This document shows, in pieces, positions 45,413 through 54,984 of a stretch of 64,000 nt of DNA; positions within the stretch are counted from its first letter, which is position 1, and each line of letters starts with the position of its first letter. The stretch is from a virus (taxonomy: Duplodnaviria > Caudoviricetes): the IMG/VR virus record IMGVR_UViG_3300032240_001498, positions 1-64,000 of that record. One strand, given 5' to 3'. Made by a program: the position numbers and the translations under genes. The notes beneath the pieces are model-generated. The model had not been told where the DNA came from. It ran no database searches and saw only the letters and a list, made by a program, of their open reading frames with translations.

Positions 45413-46843
45413 ATGGAGTTCTTTTACGATGGACAGATAAGACGTTACCTAACACAGTTTATGCGTCTAATGAGCAACTTTAGTTATAGAGATGCTAAAG
45501 GAAAAATTGTACAGGTTCCTGTTCGCTACGGTGACATGAATAGACAGGTAGCACAACTACAAAAGAAGAACAGTGAAAACACTATTCCAAGTGCTCCATT
45601 CATTGCCTGTTATATCAAAGACCTTAAAGTAGCTAGAACTAGAATACAAGAACCTACACATATCAGCAAGGTACATATCAAAGAGCGAGACTCGTGGTAT
45701 AATCCTGCTACAGGGCAAGATGAGTATCTCAACGTAGAAGGCGAAAACTATACAGTTGAACGATTAATGCCTGTTCCTTATGACTTGACCTTTCAAGCAG
45801 ATATATGGACCACTAACACAGATCAAAAATTGCAGTTGATTGAACAGCTATTGGTATTATTCCGACCTAGTTTAGAATTGCAAACAACTGACAATTATCT
45901 AGATTGGACCAGCCTAAGTACCTTGGAACTTACTGAGATGACTTTTAGCAGTAGACAAATTCCACAAGGAACAGAACAAGATATTGATATTTGCACCATG
46001 CAGTTTGAAACGCCTATATGGTTAACAACACCTGCAAAAGTTAAACAGATGGGCATCATTACAAATATTATTACTTCAATATTTGTTGAACCAGAAGGCA
46101 CACTAAATGCAGGAGGGTATCACAATGGCGGTGAAGTTGATTATTTTGCCGGCAGGCAGGCGGTATCAGTTGAAGGTACAACTCTAGGCAATCTCGGAAT
46201 ACTGGTATTGAACAGCACAGCCAAGCTATTAGCACCTGCAGAAGGTGTTACTACTGACGAAGTTCCTTTTAAATATGGAACAAATATCAGTTGGTTAAGA
46301 ATCTTAGACCTATATCCTGGAAAGTTTAAGGCAGGATTAAGTCAAATTAGGATTAAGAAGCCGTCTGGGTCAGAGATTGTTGCACGTATCAGTCTAGATC
46401 CTAATGACGAGTCTATCATGCACCTTGACATAGACTCAGATACTATCCCGGCAAATAACCAAGTTCCTCCGGGCAGTGGAAAAACATACGTTGATGCTAT
46501 CGTTGATCCTACTACCTTTGATCCTACCAGTCCTGTTGCAGGTATAAGATATCTTATACTAGAGGATGTCAACACAGATCCAAAATTAGACTATGCTATC
46601 GCCAACGATACTGCGGCTAAAGCATGGCGAAATTCAGATGCAACATATCTTGTGGCACACGCAAACGATATCGTAACATGGAACGGTTCACACTGGTCCG
46701 TTGTTTTCGATTCGCGCACAGTTACCGATCTCACTTATATAACTAATACTAGAACAGGCATACAATATGTCTGGGATGGCTCCATGTGGGGCAAGAGTTA
46801 TGAAGGTGAATACCGATCTGGTAATTGGCGATTATTTTTATGA
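45413..46843 (+). CDS. tail terminator/sheath stabiliser (gp15-like)
   Basis: FFYDGQIRRY..QF, VPVRYG, MPVPYDL...DIWT.N.DQK.Q..EQ..VLF.P. Confidence 0.85.
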   Translation: MEFFYDGQIRRYLTQFMRLMSNFSYRDAKGKIVQVPVRYGDMNRQVAQLQKKNSENTIPSAPFIACYIKDLKVARTRIQEPTHISKVHIKERDSWYNPATGQDEYLNVEGENYTVERLMPVPYDLTFQADIWTTNTDQKLQLIEQLLVLFRPSLELQTTDNYLDWTSLSTLELTEMTFSSRQIPQGTEQDIDICTMQFETPIWLTTPAKVKQMGIITNIITSIFVEPEGTLNAGGYHNGGEVDYFAGRQAVSVEGTTLGNLGILVLNSTAKLLAPAEGVTTDEVPFKYGTNISWLRILDLYPGKFKAGLSQIRIKKPSGSEIVARISLDPNDESIMHLDIDSDTIPANNQVPPGSGKTYVDAIVDPTTFDPTSPVAGIRYLILEDVNTDPKLDYAIANDTAAKAWRNSDATYLVAHANDIVTWNGSHWSVVFDSRTVTDLTYITNTRTGIQYVWDGSMWGKSYEGEYRSGNWRLFL

Positions 46844-47268
46844 GTAATATAATTTGTAGTGGTGGAATATTTTTAGCAACAGATACTAAAAGATTTTTAT
46901 TTCTTTTACGCAATCAAGGCAAAACTGCTGGTACATGGGGTATTGTTGGTGGCAAAAATGAGCCGTTAGATGGTACACCTATTGCTACACTAAACAGAGA
47001 AATCACAGAAGAAGTTGGATTCCTGCCAGCGATTGACAAGTATGTTCCACTTGAATTGTTTACCAGCAAAGATGAAGGGTTTTATTACCACACATATTTG
47101 CTGTTAACCAAAGAAGAATTTATCCCCAAACTAAATGAAGAACATGTAGGGTACGCATGGTGTGATATAGAGCACACACCAAAACCATTACACAATGGTG
47201 TGCGTGTTACACTTAATAATAAGATTATTAAAGCTAAGATAGATACCGTAATCGATATCTTAACTTGA
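46840..47268 (+). CDS. NUDIX hydrolase
   Basis: Nudix box GGKNE...TLNREITEEVG; ATGA coupling to gp15. Confidence 0.9.
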   Translation: MSNIICSGGIFLATDTKRFLFLLRNQGKTAGTWGIVGGKNEPLDGTPIATLNREITEEVGFLPAIDKYVPLELFTSKDEGFYYHTYLLLTKEEFIPKLNEEHVGYAWCDIEHTPKPLHNGVRVTLNNKIIKAKIDTVIDILT

Positions 47269-48954
47269 TTTACGGACTACTAACAAGTAGAATCCATTCC
47301 ACCAAGCAGTTAAATCTTCCTGATTGTTTAGAATTACTTTAGAGTAAACAACATCTAATCCTGCGGCTTTAATGCCAGCATCAGTTCCGTCAACAACACC
47401 TTCCCAATTAGCATCATCTACTAGAATAAATGCTTCCTTGGCTAATATCTTAGAAAAGTATTTGATTGCTTTTGCTGTGGTATTAGGATCGTGAGGACCG
47501 TCATAGAAGAAAAAGTCTACCGGCTCAATCTCATCTAGATTAACAGCAAACAAGTCTGATTCATAGACTATGACTTTGTTGTCACCTTTGAATCTTTTCA
47601 CATTAGTGATAAAATCTTCTTTGTTATTTGGTGGCATTTCAAAGATGTCATTCGCTGGTTGGTAAGTGTCTTGCCATGTATCAATGCAGATTACTTCTAG
47701 CTTGTTATCTTTTAGAGCCGCACATGCTGTTGCACCTAGCGCACTACCTACTTCTAAATAGCGTGTAGAATTCTTAGCCAACTTATTGATAAGACTTTCC
47801 ATCTTCCAGCTTGTTAATCCAGGAACATCAATGTTTATCATGTCAATAGCACTATTCAATACTGCATCAATAGCCTGTTGGATTCTTGGACTAACAGGTG
47901 TGCTTTGTTTTTTGCTTACAACTTTATCGCAATACTGACATTCCCAGCAATCAAATTTGCAATTTTTAATTTTTTCTCGCCAAATGTTAATTGGCTTTTC
48001 TGTTAGGTTGCCTTCTTCAATATATTGTTCAAAGCCGTCAAACAGAATTTCGTCGCCTTCAATAAATCCTGCAACAATATCAAGTGTTTCGTGAAAGCGT
48101 TCAACACTTTCTCTACCGTGCATTTTAAACACATCGACATAGTCAAGTAATTCTACCCAATCTTCTCTCCAAGGAGGTAAGTTGGCAGTTTTTAATGGAA
48201 CACTTGGATCTTCATGATCCCATTTAGGACAACTTACACGACTGATACTGTCGTTAAAGTATTGAGGACGACCTGTATCTCTAGTGTTGTTAAATTGATA
48301 ATGTTCGTCCATCATTGGGCAAGCACCTAAACAACCTTCATTAGCTAGGAGACTGATAGTAACATCGCGACCTAGATTTTCTTTGACCCAAGTTTTGGCA
48401 GTTTTTAATCTTGCAAGTGCGTCTCGATCGCGCATTAGATCACGATCAATACATACGTAGTCAAATCCAGCTTTTGCATGAGCAACAAATTCAGCAGGAG
48501 TACGTACATTACGCAGAATAGTATTCTTAACATACAGGTCTGGGTAACGTGCTTGTATCTGTCCAGTGCTCATCCAATGCGTATGTGGAAGTATTACTGA
48601 TCTAATACCTGCATCATACAAGGGCTGGAAATTTTCTAGCCAAATATTGAGATTTTCTTGAGTGGGCGGAACTTCAATGTTATTGAAAGTAGCGCAAAGA
48701 GGGATGCCGGTCTCCCTGTTAAGGTTGAACGCGGCATCTATTACAGAGAATGCGTCTTGCTGAGAAACAAATATGTCTCCCATTGCATCTTGATTAAACG
48801 GAGGAATTCTTGATGTAAAGTATATATCAAAGATATAATCTTTATAGTGCTTACAAAACTCTAAAAAATTAAAGTATTGTGCTTCCGTTAATTTTGGGTT
48901 TATCGGTAAGCTGAATATTTTTTGCGTCTTCGCAGTAGTCTGGGATTCGTTCAT
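47260..48954 (-). CDS. U32-family-like (TIM barrel, Cys-rich) domain fused to class I SAM methyltransferase
   Basis: CIDRDLMRD, NEGCLGAC, DVFKMHGRE, CKFDCWECQYC; then YLEVGSALGAT, IDTW, DFFFYDGPH, LVDDANW. Confidence 0.7.
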   Translation of the reverse strand: MNESQTTAKTQKIFSLPINPKLTEAQYFNFLEFCKHYKDYIFDIYFTSRIPPFNQDAMGDIFVSQQDAFSVIDAAFNLNRETGIPLCATFNNIEVPPTQENLNIWLENFQPLYDAGIRSVILPHTHWMSTGQIQARYPDLYVKNTILRNVRTPAEFVAHAKAGFDYVCIDRDLMRDRDALARLKTAKTWVKENLGRDVTISLLANEGCLGACPMMDEHYQFNNTRDTGRPQYFNDSISRVSCPKWDHEDPSVPLKTANLPPWREDWVELLDYVDVFKMHGRESVERFHETLDIVAGFIEGDEILFDGFEQYIEEGNLTEKPINIWREKIKNCKFDCWECQYCDKVVSKKQSTPVSPRIQQAIDAVLNSAIDMINIDVPGLTSWKMESLINKLAKNSTRYLEVGSALGATACAALKDNKLEVICIDTWQDTYQPANDIFEMPPNNKEDFITNVKRFKGDNKVIVYESDLFAVNLDEIEPVDFFFYDGPHDPNTTAKAIKYFSKILAKEAFILVDDANWEGVVDGTDAGIKAAGLDVVYSKVILNNQEDLTAWWNGFYLLVVRKSS

Positions 48955-49705
48955 CTCTACTCTCTAGTAATTTATCGATAGAACTTTGTACGCCTAACGA
49001 TATATTATGTATCCCTGCTTGGACCTGCCCAGCATACTTTGTGGCCATTTGTAGGGCTTCAATTTGATCACCTTCTGGCATCATGGCAATACTGTCCATG
49101 TTGCCTGATGCAATACGACCAAAACTGATAATATCCATAGCGGCCTGTTTACCCATACGTGCAATCCAGTACTTGCGTTCTTCTTCTGCATTTTCTGCGG
49201 CAAACCATTCAAGGTCCTCTTCAGTTTTTGCATAGAATTTAACAATTTCTAAGAAAGCATTAATTTCTCGCTCTGCTTGGAGCATTTTACGTTTCCAAAT
49301 AGTAATATCGTAATCGTTTTTATCGATATCTACTTGCAACATTTCTTTAGCAATTTCGTCAACAGCTTCGGCTTGGTCACGCACCCACTTTTTACGAAGT
49401 AGTTCTGCTTTGCGAAGGCTTGCTTTAATTTCTTGATAAGCGTGATAGCGTGACTCGAGCTCCATATAGGCTTGTCGAACCTGACGCCATGGAGTAAGTT
49501 GACTGCGGGCTACAAAGTTTTGACATTGATAGGCAGTCATACCCATATTTGAATGTACGGCATAGGTCATGATTTCTTTTTCAAAATCACCCATATCGTA
49601 CCTTTTTAGAAAATCGTCATCGATATGTATTTCAGCTACATCTGAAGCTACGATATTTTCTATGTCTTTGATGTATGTGTTTATTTTTTTAGAATTGGAA
49701 TCCAT
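48869..49705 (-). CDS. coiled-coil hypothetical protein
   Basis: GMTAYQCQNFV..SQLTPWRQVRQAYMELE; long helical heptads. Confidence 0.75.
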   Translation of the reverse strand: MDSNSKKINTYIKDIENIVASDVAEIHIDDDFLKRYDMGDFEKEIMTYAVHSNMGMTAYQCQNFVARSQLTPWRQVRQAYMELESRYHAYQEIKASLRKAELLRKKWVRDQAEAVDEIAKEMLQVDIDKNDYDITIWKRKMLQAEREINAFLEIVKFYAKTEEDLEWFAAENAEEERKYWIARMGKQAAMDIISFGRIASGNMDSIAMMPEGDQIEALQMATKYAGQVQAGIHNISLGVQSSIDKLLESRDERIPDYCEDAKNIQLTDKPKINGSTIL

Positions 49706-50630
49706 GTGGCACCTGTGTTTTTCTTACGAAACTGTCAGGTCCTTCGGTCCATCCTAGCTCTTGTGCTTGCTTTACTGGGACAGCCAATCCGAAGTACCTT
49801 TCGTATTGAATATTTATATCCCACACAGTTTGGGCCGCTTTGAAATCGGCTATGACTCTTTGCTGTGCTACAAGTAGATCAGATAGTTGATCTTCGTAGG
49901 CTTCTGCTTTTTCTAAAATTTTGTTTGCTAATGCTGTTTTATCTTTATTGTGTGAAGTTGCTAGATAATCTAAAAATGGTGTGCGTGACCCATTTTGTCC
50001 TTGATTAGCTAACCATTCGCGAGCTTCATGTTTTTGTATTTCCCAAGATGCTTGCTCTAATTTACCACTTGGAGCCATTGTTAAAAATCTACGTTCAAAC
50101 TCATCTTCAATTGTTTCTTTAGCAAATAAGAACATGAAATCACGAACGTCTTTTACGATATCATCAGTTAGCTCTACCTGACGCTTGAAACCTGCATCCA
50201 AGTTTTGTACTGGAGAAATACCATCAGGTCCATGTGCTCTATCTTCTGTGTTTGCTATCCAAACTTTGGCCGCAGTACGATAGTCTGCAAAAAATTGCTT
50301 GCCATTAATTGCTACACTTTCTGTAATGTATGTAACTTTTGCTTTAGGCCATGTATAGTGTAGTGTATCATGCAGGTGTTTACTCATTGCTACGCATTGT
50401 ACATTAAATAGGCTATATAGTTCTTCACAATATAATGCAGGATCTTGGTGTGTGCTGTCAAACAATGAGTTAGGCAGCACATGATCTCCCACAATCATGA
50501 ATACTGTTGCTGAATTTACAAAAGTGTTGATATCATACGCAGGATCTCCTGAATATAATGCGGGAGGTAAAGCTTCTACGTTTGGATAAACTGATACATC
50601 CCAAAAGTCTACTGAATATTCTTGTGTCAT
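49689..50630 (-). CDS. tail-fibre-assembly-like protein
   Basis: EQASWEIQKHEAREW...TPFLDYLA......LANKILEKAEAY motif of phage fibre chaperones. Confidence 0.6.
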   Translation of the reverse strand: MTQEYSVDFWDVSVYPNVEALPPALYSGDPAYDINTFVNSATVFMIVGDHVLPNSLFDSTHQDPALYCEELYSLFNVQCVAMSKHLHDTLHYTWPKAKVTYITESVAINGKQFFADYRTAAKVWIANTEDRAHGPDGISPVQNLDAGFKRQVELTDDIVKDVRDFMFLFAKETIEDEFERRFLTMAPSGKLEQASWEIQKHEAREWLANQGQNGSRTPFLDYLATSHNKDKTALANKILEKAEAYEDQLSDLLVAQQRVIADFKAAQTVWDINIQYERYFGLAVPVKQAQELGWTEGPDSFVRKTQVPHGFQF

Positions 50631-50631
50631 A

Positions 50632-51753
50632 TTAAACTCCTGGACGTCCTGAACTTGCTACTGTAGCCGCCGCCGAAACTGCGTGACCTGAACTTGCACC
50701 ATAGTGCCCTTTGTTACGTGTTGCCGCTGGCATACGTGTTTGTGCGTTGTTGTTATAAGTTGTCTTATCGCACTTGTTGTTTTGCTGGCCGTCATAGTTA
50801 CCAGTCATATAACCCCAGTCTTGTCCTGCCATCATAACGTCTTCGCCGTATGCTGATATCTGTGAGAAGTAGGCAATAGCTGAACCAGATGTTTCGTTAA
50901 ACTGCACACGACCTTGCTGTACGTTGTTGCCAGTACCGCTGTAATGCCAACCATATTTGGTGCTCAATAACTTCATGAATCCGTCTGGAGTAAACTGTGT
51001 CGGTGATCCAAACCATGAATCGTTTGAGTGATAAATGCCTGATGATCCGCCGCCGATTGAGAACCAAGAAATTTCTTGGCCGCCGCAACCTGAAGTTGGG
51101 CCACCACCGCGATTGTTACCAGTGGTGGTATACATGACTTCTGATGGAAAGTGCATCTTTTCTGTTGAGCTCGGACCTCCGCCTGTGCAATAACCGTATT
51201 GATAGGTTGCGGCACTGGTCGAACCGTGTGTTCTGCGGTTTACTGACATGTCCCAACCGCCAACTGTACCGTAGCCCATAACCGCCTGAGGATCGTCGCC
51301 CACATAACCGAATGAATAAGGACTGAATGTACCGCCTGTTTTACTGCGATTGATACCTGTATACAAGTTAAAACTGTCAGTGTGGCTGTTTGCTCCACCA
51401 AAGCCATTGTTTGTACCCAATGAGTAACCGTTATAGTCTGAGAAGAAACCATCCATGTAGTCTCCGGAATACATTAGCTGTTCTCCGCAGTAGTAGGTAA
51501 TATCTGTTGAATGCCATGTCTTGTTTAAGGCACGCCATGAATTGCCGCCCTTATAACCAGCCGCACTAAATCCGTGTGTTAACACACTACGGTATCTGTA
51601 ACCTGCTTGCGGGTTACCCGATGGGCTACCTGGATAAGTCCAAAATGCTGTAGTTCCGTCAGTTACCAACGTTGCGCCGCGGCAGTATGTGTCCGAACTT
51701 GGTAGCGGATAAATGCCCGGAATAATGTTAGTGTTACCAATGTATAATGCCAT
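50632..51753 (-). CDS. Kelch-like beta-propeller virion/fibre-tip protein
   Basis: Repeated GY..GG/YG blades (GFSAAGYKGG, GYCTGGG, GYMTGNYDG). Confidence 0.6.
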   Translation of the reverse strand: MALYIGNTNIIPGIYPLPSSDTYCRGATLVTDGTTAFWTYPGSPSGNPQAGYRYRSVLTHGFSAAGYKGGNSWRALNKTWHSTDITYYCGEQLMYSGDYMDGFFSDYNGYSLGTNNGFGGANSHTDSFNLYTGINRSKTGGTFSPYSFGYVGDDPQAVMGYGTVGGWDMSVNRRTHGSTSAATYQYGYCTGGGPSSTEKMHFPSEVMYTTTGNNRGGGPTSGCGGQEISWFSIGGGSSGIYHSNDSWFGSPTQFTPDGFMKLLSTKYGWHYSGTGNNVQQGRVQFNETSGSAIAYFSQISAYGEDVMMAGQDWGYMTGNYDGQQNNKCDKTTYNNNAQTRMPAATRNKGHYGASSGHAVSAAATVASSGRPGV

Positions 51754-51778
51754 GTTAGTTTCCTCTTATTACTGTTAT

Positions 51779-54295
51779 TTATTTAAGTAGCTGGGCTACC
51801 AATGCTTTTAACTGTGCAACTTCTTCTTTTAGTTGCGCAATTTCGTCTGAATGTTCGTTGTGTCCTGCAATTACCAAGGGCACTAATTTTTCGTACTGTA
51901 CAGTTAGATAGTTTTCGCCGGATTTGCTCTGGCCGTTTTCGTCTACGTCTAATGCCGCTAATCCCACAGCTTGGGGCTGTACAGCCTGTACTTGTGCCGC
52001 GTTCACACCAACCTGTTCACGAGTAGATTTTTGTCCTAGGCTAAGAGCCAGCTCGTTATTAACGTAGATAAATGTATCAAGTGTTTTTAGTTTGGCGCTG
52101 GCACTGGTTACAGGAGCAATAACTGTTTTTAGTCTAATATCAGATGTATTAGAATAAATGTCACCTGTTACATATAGTACGCCGTTGACCTGTATTGCAC
52201 CAGTACCGTTTGATTGTAGTGTGTTGTTGCCTGAACGATATATGTACCATTCGCCAGTACCGTTACCGCGCAGATATGTACCACTGGCGTAATTGTAAGT
52301 ACCAAAGAATAAGGATCCGCCACTTGTAACGTTAATATCGCCTGATCCGTTTACCTGTAAACATACGCCCGAGCCGTTACCTACAGAGTTGTTGTTTAAA
52401 GTCAATGCACCCGATGCCGCACCAGTGATAGTATGGGTAACGCCTGAGTTGCTGATTGTTAGTTGGTTGCTACCGTTGATAGTTGTGAAGTTGCCCGAGT
52501 AGGCTGTAACGCCAGAACCAATCGGTCCTTGGAATGTTGTTGTAGCAATAACTGTTGGGCAGGATAATGTAGTAGTACCTGGATTATAAGTTAGTGATGC
52601 GCTGTTGACGTTAAGTGTTGTGATCGCACCACTTACTGAGTTTGTAAATGTTGGGTAATAAGTAGCGTTGGTTGTAATGTTTGCAACAGTAACACCAGTC
52701 TGCGCCCATTGGAGTCCAGTACCAGTCGATGTCAGTGCGTAACCACTTGTACCTGCAGATCCACCAATGTATAATGCTCCGCGGAGAGTTAGTCCACTTG
52801 CAATATCAACACCGCCTGCAACTGCAAATGCGCCTGTACCTGCTGTACCGTTGGCCGCAGTAGTTGAGTTAACTGTAAAGTCACCACTGCCGTTGGCAAT
52901 TAATCTAATGTTACCTGCGCCGTCTGAAATAATAATACCGTTAGAAACAATGGTTCCGCCTGCATTACCACCTATGATAACTGCGTTGTTGATTGCGGCA
53001 CCAATACTTGTACCAGCACCGTAACCAATTAGGGTATTACTTGCTCCGCTGACTAACGCATTACCTGCATTATAACCAATCAAGGTATTTTGATAGCCAC
53101 CGGCCATTTGGAAACCAGCTTGATAACCAATTGCAGTATTGTTGTAGAAGCCACCGTTACCTGTACCTAGCGCACGATAACCAATCGCCACGTTGTTCTG
53201 CATGGCTGTATTATTGGCAGTATACATGGCCTGATAACCAATAGCAGTATTGTTACCGCCTGTGGCTGTTTGGGCCAATAACGCTTGATAACCAATTGCA
53301 GTATTACCTGCAGAACTTGTCAGTGCGTTACCTGCATAGTAACCAATCAGCGCATTAGTACCACCAGTTAATAGTGCGGCACCTGCACCTGTACCTACAA
53401 CTAAATTTGTTGCAATACTTGAGTTACCTGTACCAAAACGTACACCGCTGTGGAAAGCATCACTGCCTGTTACAATACCACCGCCTGCTGATATACCACC
53501 ATAGGTTACGATAGCACCAGTACCTGTTGATGCAATACCAGATGCGATAGTGATTGCTGTTGATAGTGGTATGCTTATACCAGTAGCACTAACTGTTAAT
53601 CCGTTTAGTTGTGTTGCAATGGCACCAGCTGATTGACTGGCGCTTGATACTAAAAAGTTTAAATTGCCAGATGTTAATTGAACTTGTGCATTATAGCCTG
53701 TACCGCTTACATAAGTTGTACCAGCGTTATTGTAGCTGTTTAGGCCAATGCCTAACGGATATGTACTTGCGCCAACCTGAATAGCAACAGCTTGCGAATT
53801 TCCTGAATTATAAAAGTAGCCAGCAACGTTTGTAGTTGTGCTAACTGTAATACCATATGTAGATCCTGCACCACCAACACCTAAGTTAGCGTTCATGGCA
53901 AACGAACCGCCGATATTTAAGTTACCCGAAATACCTGCACCACCAAATACCTGTAGACTACCTGTTTGTGTTGTTGTAGATTGTATTGGGCTTGTAGATG
54001 CACCAATGTATGTAACACCATTGTATGGGGCAATGTTAACTGCGCCGGTATCTTGTACAATAAGACTTGGTATACCGCTCTTATCTGTAACGGTATACAA
54101 ATAACCAGCCATACTGTCGATCACACTTTGTAACTGTCCGTTCGTACCTTCCCATGCTTGCGTACCATTATCTAGAACACGCACATACGTAGATGCAGAG
54201 CTGGCCGAAGCGCCGCCAGTAAACCTTATGATCGGCTCGGTTGTGCTTGAACCAATGTTTGGCGTTATTAAAATATTACGATCTGTATATGCCAT
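51779..54295 (-). CDS. tail fibre with C-terminal peptidase S74 intramolecular chaperone
   Basis: SDIRLK...GV.A.QV..V.P.AV...YLTVQYEKLVPL plus coiled coil; NTAIGYQA repeats. Confidence 0.88.
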   Translation of the reverse strand: MAYTDRNILITPNIGSSTTEPIIRFTGGASASSASTYVRVLDNGTQAWEGTNGQLQSVIDSMAGYLYTVTDKSGIPSLIVQDTGAVNIAPYNGVTYIGASTSPIQSTTTQTGSLQVFGGAGISGNLNIGGSFAMNANLGVGGAGSTYGITVSTTTNVAGYFYNSGNSQAVAIQVGASTYPLGIGLNSYNNAGTTYVSGTGYNAQVQLTSGNLNFLVSSASQSAGAIATQLNGLTVSATGISIPLSTAITIASGIASTGTGAIVTYGGISAGGGIVTGSDAFHSGVRFGTGNSSIATNLVVGTGAGAALLTGGTNALIGYYAGNALTSSAGNTAIGYQALLAQTATGGNNTAIGYQAMYTANNTAMQNNVAIGYRALGTGNGGFYNNTAIGYQAGFQMAGGYQNTLIGYNAGNALVSGASNTLIGYGAGTSIGAAINNAVIIGGNAGGTIVSNGIIISDGAGNIRLIANGSGDFTVNSTTAANGTAGTGAFAVAGGVDIASGLTLRGALYIGGSAGTSGYALTSTGTGLQWAQTGVTVANITTNATYYPTFTNSVSGAITTLNVNSASLTYNPGTTTLSCPTVIATTTFQGPIGSGVTAYSGNFTTINGSNQLTISNSGVTHTITGAASGALTLNNNSVGNGSGVCLQVNGSGDINVTSGGSLFFGTYNYASGTYLRGNGTGEWYIYRSGNNTLQSNGTGAIQVNGVLYVTGDIYSNTSDIRLKTVIAPVTSASAKLKTLDTFIYVNNELALSLGQKSTREQVGVNAAQVQAVQPQAVGLAALDVDENGQSKSGENYLTVQYEKLVPLVIAGHNEHSDEIAQLKEEVAQLKALVAQLLK

Positions 54296-54329
54296 CTCTT
54301 ATTCCATTGTTCCTGTATTTATTGGTCTA

Positions 54330-54983
54330 TTATAATCCAAAACTTGAGCGATATGCTTGAAACACTAATTTTACTTCAGTGTCACTTAGTACTCTGCTGT
54401 AAAATAGGGTTGGGCCTATCTGTCCGTTAGGAGGTCCGCTGTAAAATAGCTGGAGGTTACCAGCTATGCTTGCAGAACCTGCTAGGTTGTTTTGTGCATC
54501 TAGCACTCCGTTATAATAAAGTTTGCTGGTTGCTGTTCCACCTGCTGAACCTGTTCCGCTAAAACTACCTGCCCAGCAATGCCATGTGTTCAAAGGCACA
54601 GTTGTATTTGAAGTAAGGTCGCCGCCAGTTAGGTAAGTTTCCCAACGCATGTTTGTTGCGTTACCCATGTACAAGTTTGCAGTATTTGAACCAGAAGTAT
54701 AACCAAAAGTTCCGCCTGCACGAGTAGTTAAATTCATGAACTGAATTACTGTATATCCCGAAGTTAAACTCAACGAGTAAGAATTATTACTGGTGATAGT
54801 GTAGGCCGCACCTGGAGTAAAATAGTTGCCCGACCATGCACTTGAAGAGCTTAAGGTTAGCGCCTGATTATCAATTTGATTATATGCGGCTGTGCCTGTT
54901 CCTGGATAGCATTTTGTATTACGAGGATCGGCCATAAAGACCAAACCTGAAAGAGGAATATAAGGTCCTATTGAGATTGACAT
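54330..54983 (-). CDS. concanavalin A/LamG-like virion protein
   Basis: GLVFMADPRNTKCYPGTG...YYNG...YSRVLSDTEV...F. Confidence 0.8.
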   Translation of the reverse strand: MSISIGPYIPLSGLVFMADPRNTKCYPGTGTAAYNQIDNQALTLSSSSAWSGNYFTPGAAYTITSNNSYSLSLTSGYTVIQFMNLTTRAGGTFGYTSGSNTANLYMGNATNMRWETYLTGGDLTSNTTVPLNTWHCWAGSFSGTGSAGGTATSKLYYNGVLDAQNNLAGSASIAGNLQLFYSGPPNGQIGPTLFYSRVLSDTEVKLVFQAYRSSFGL

Positions 54984-54984
54984 A

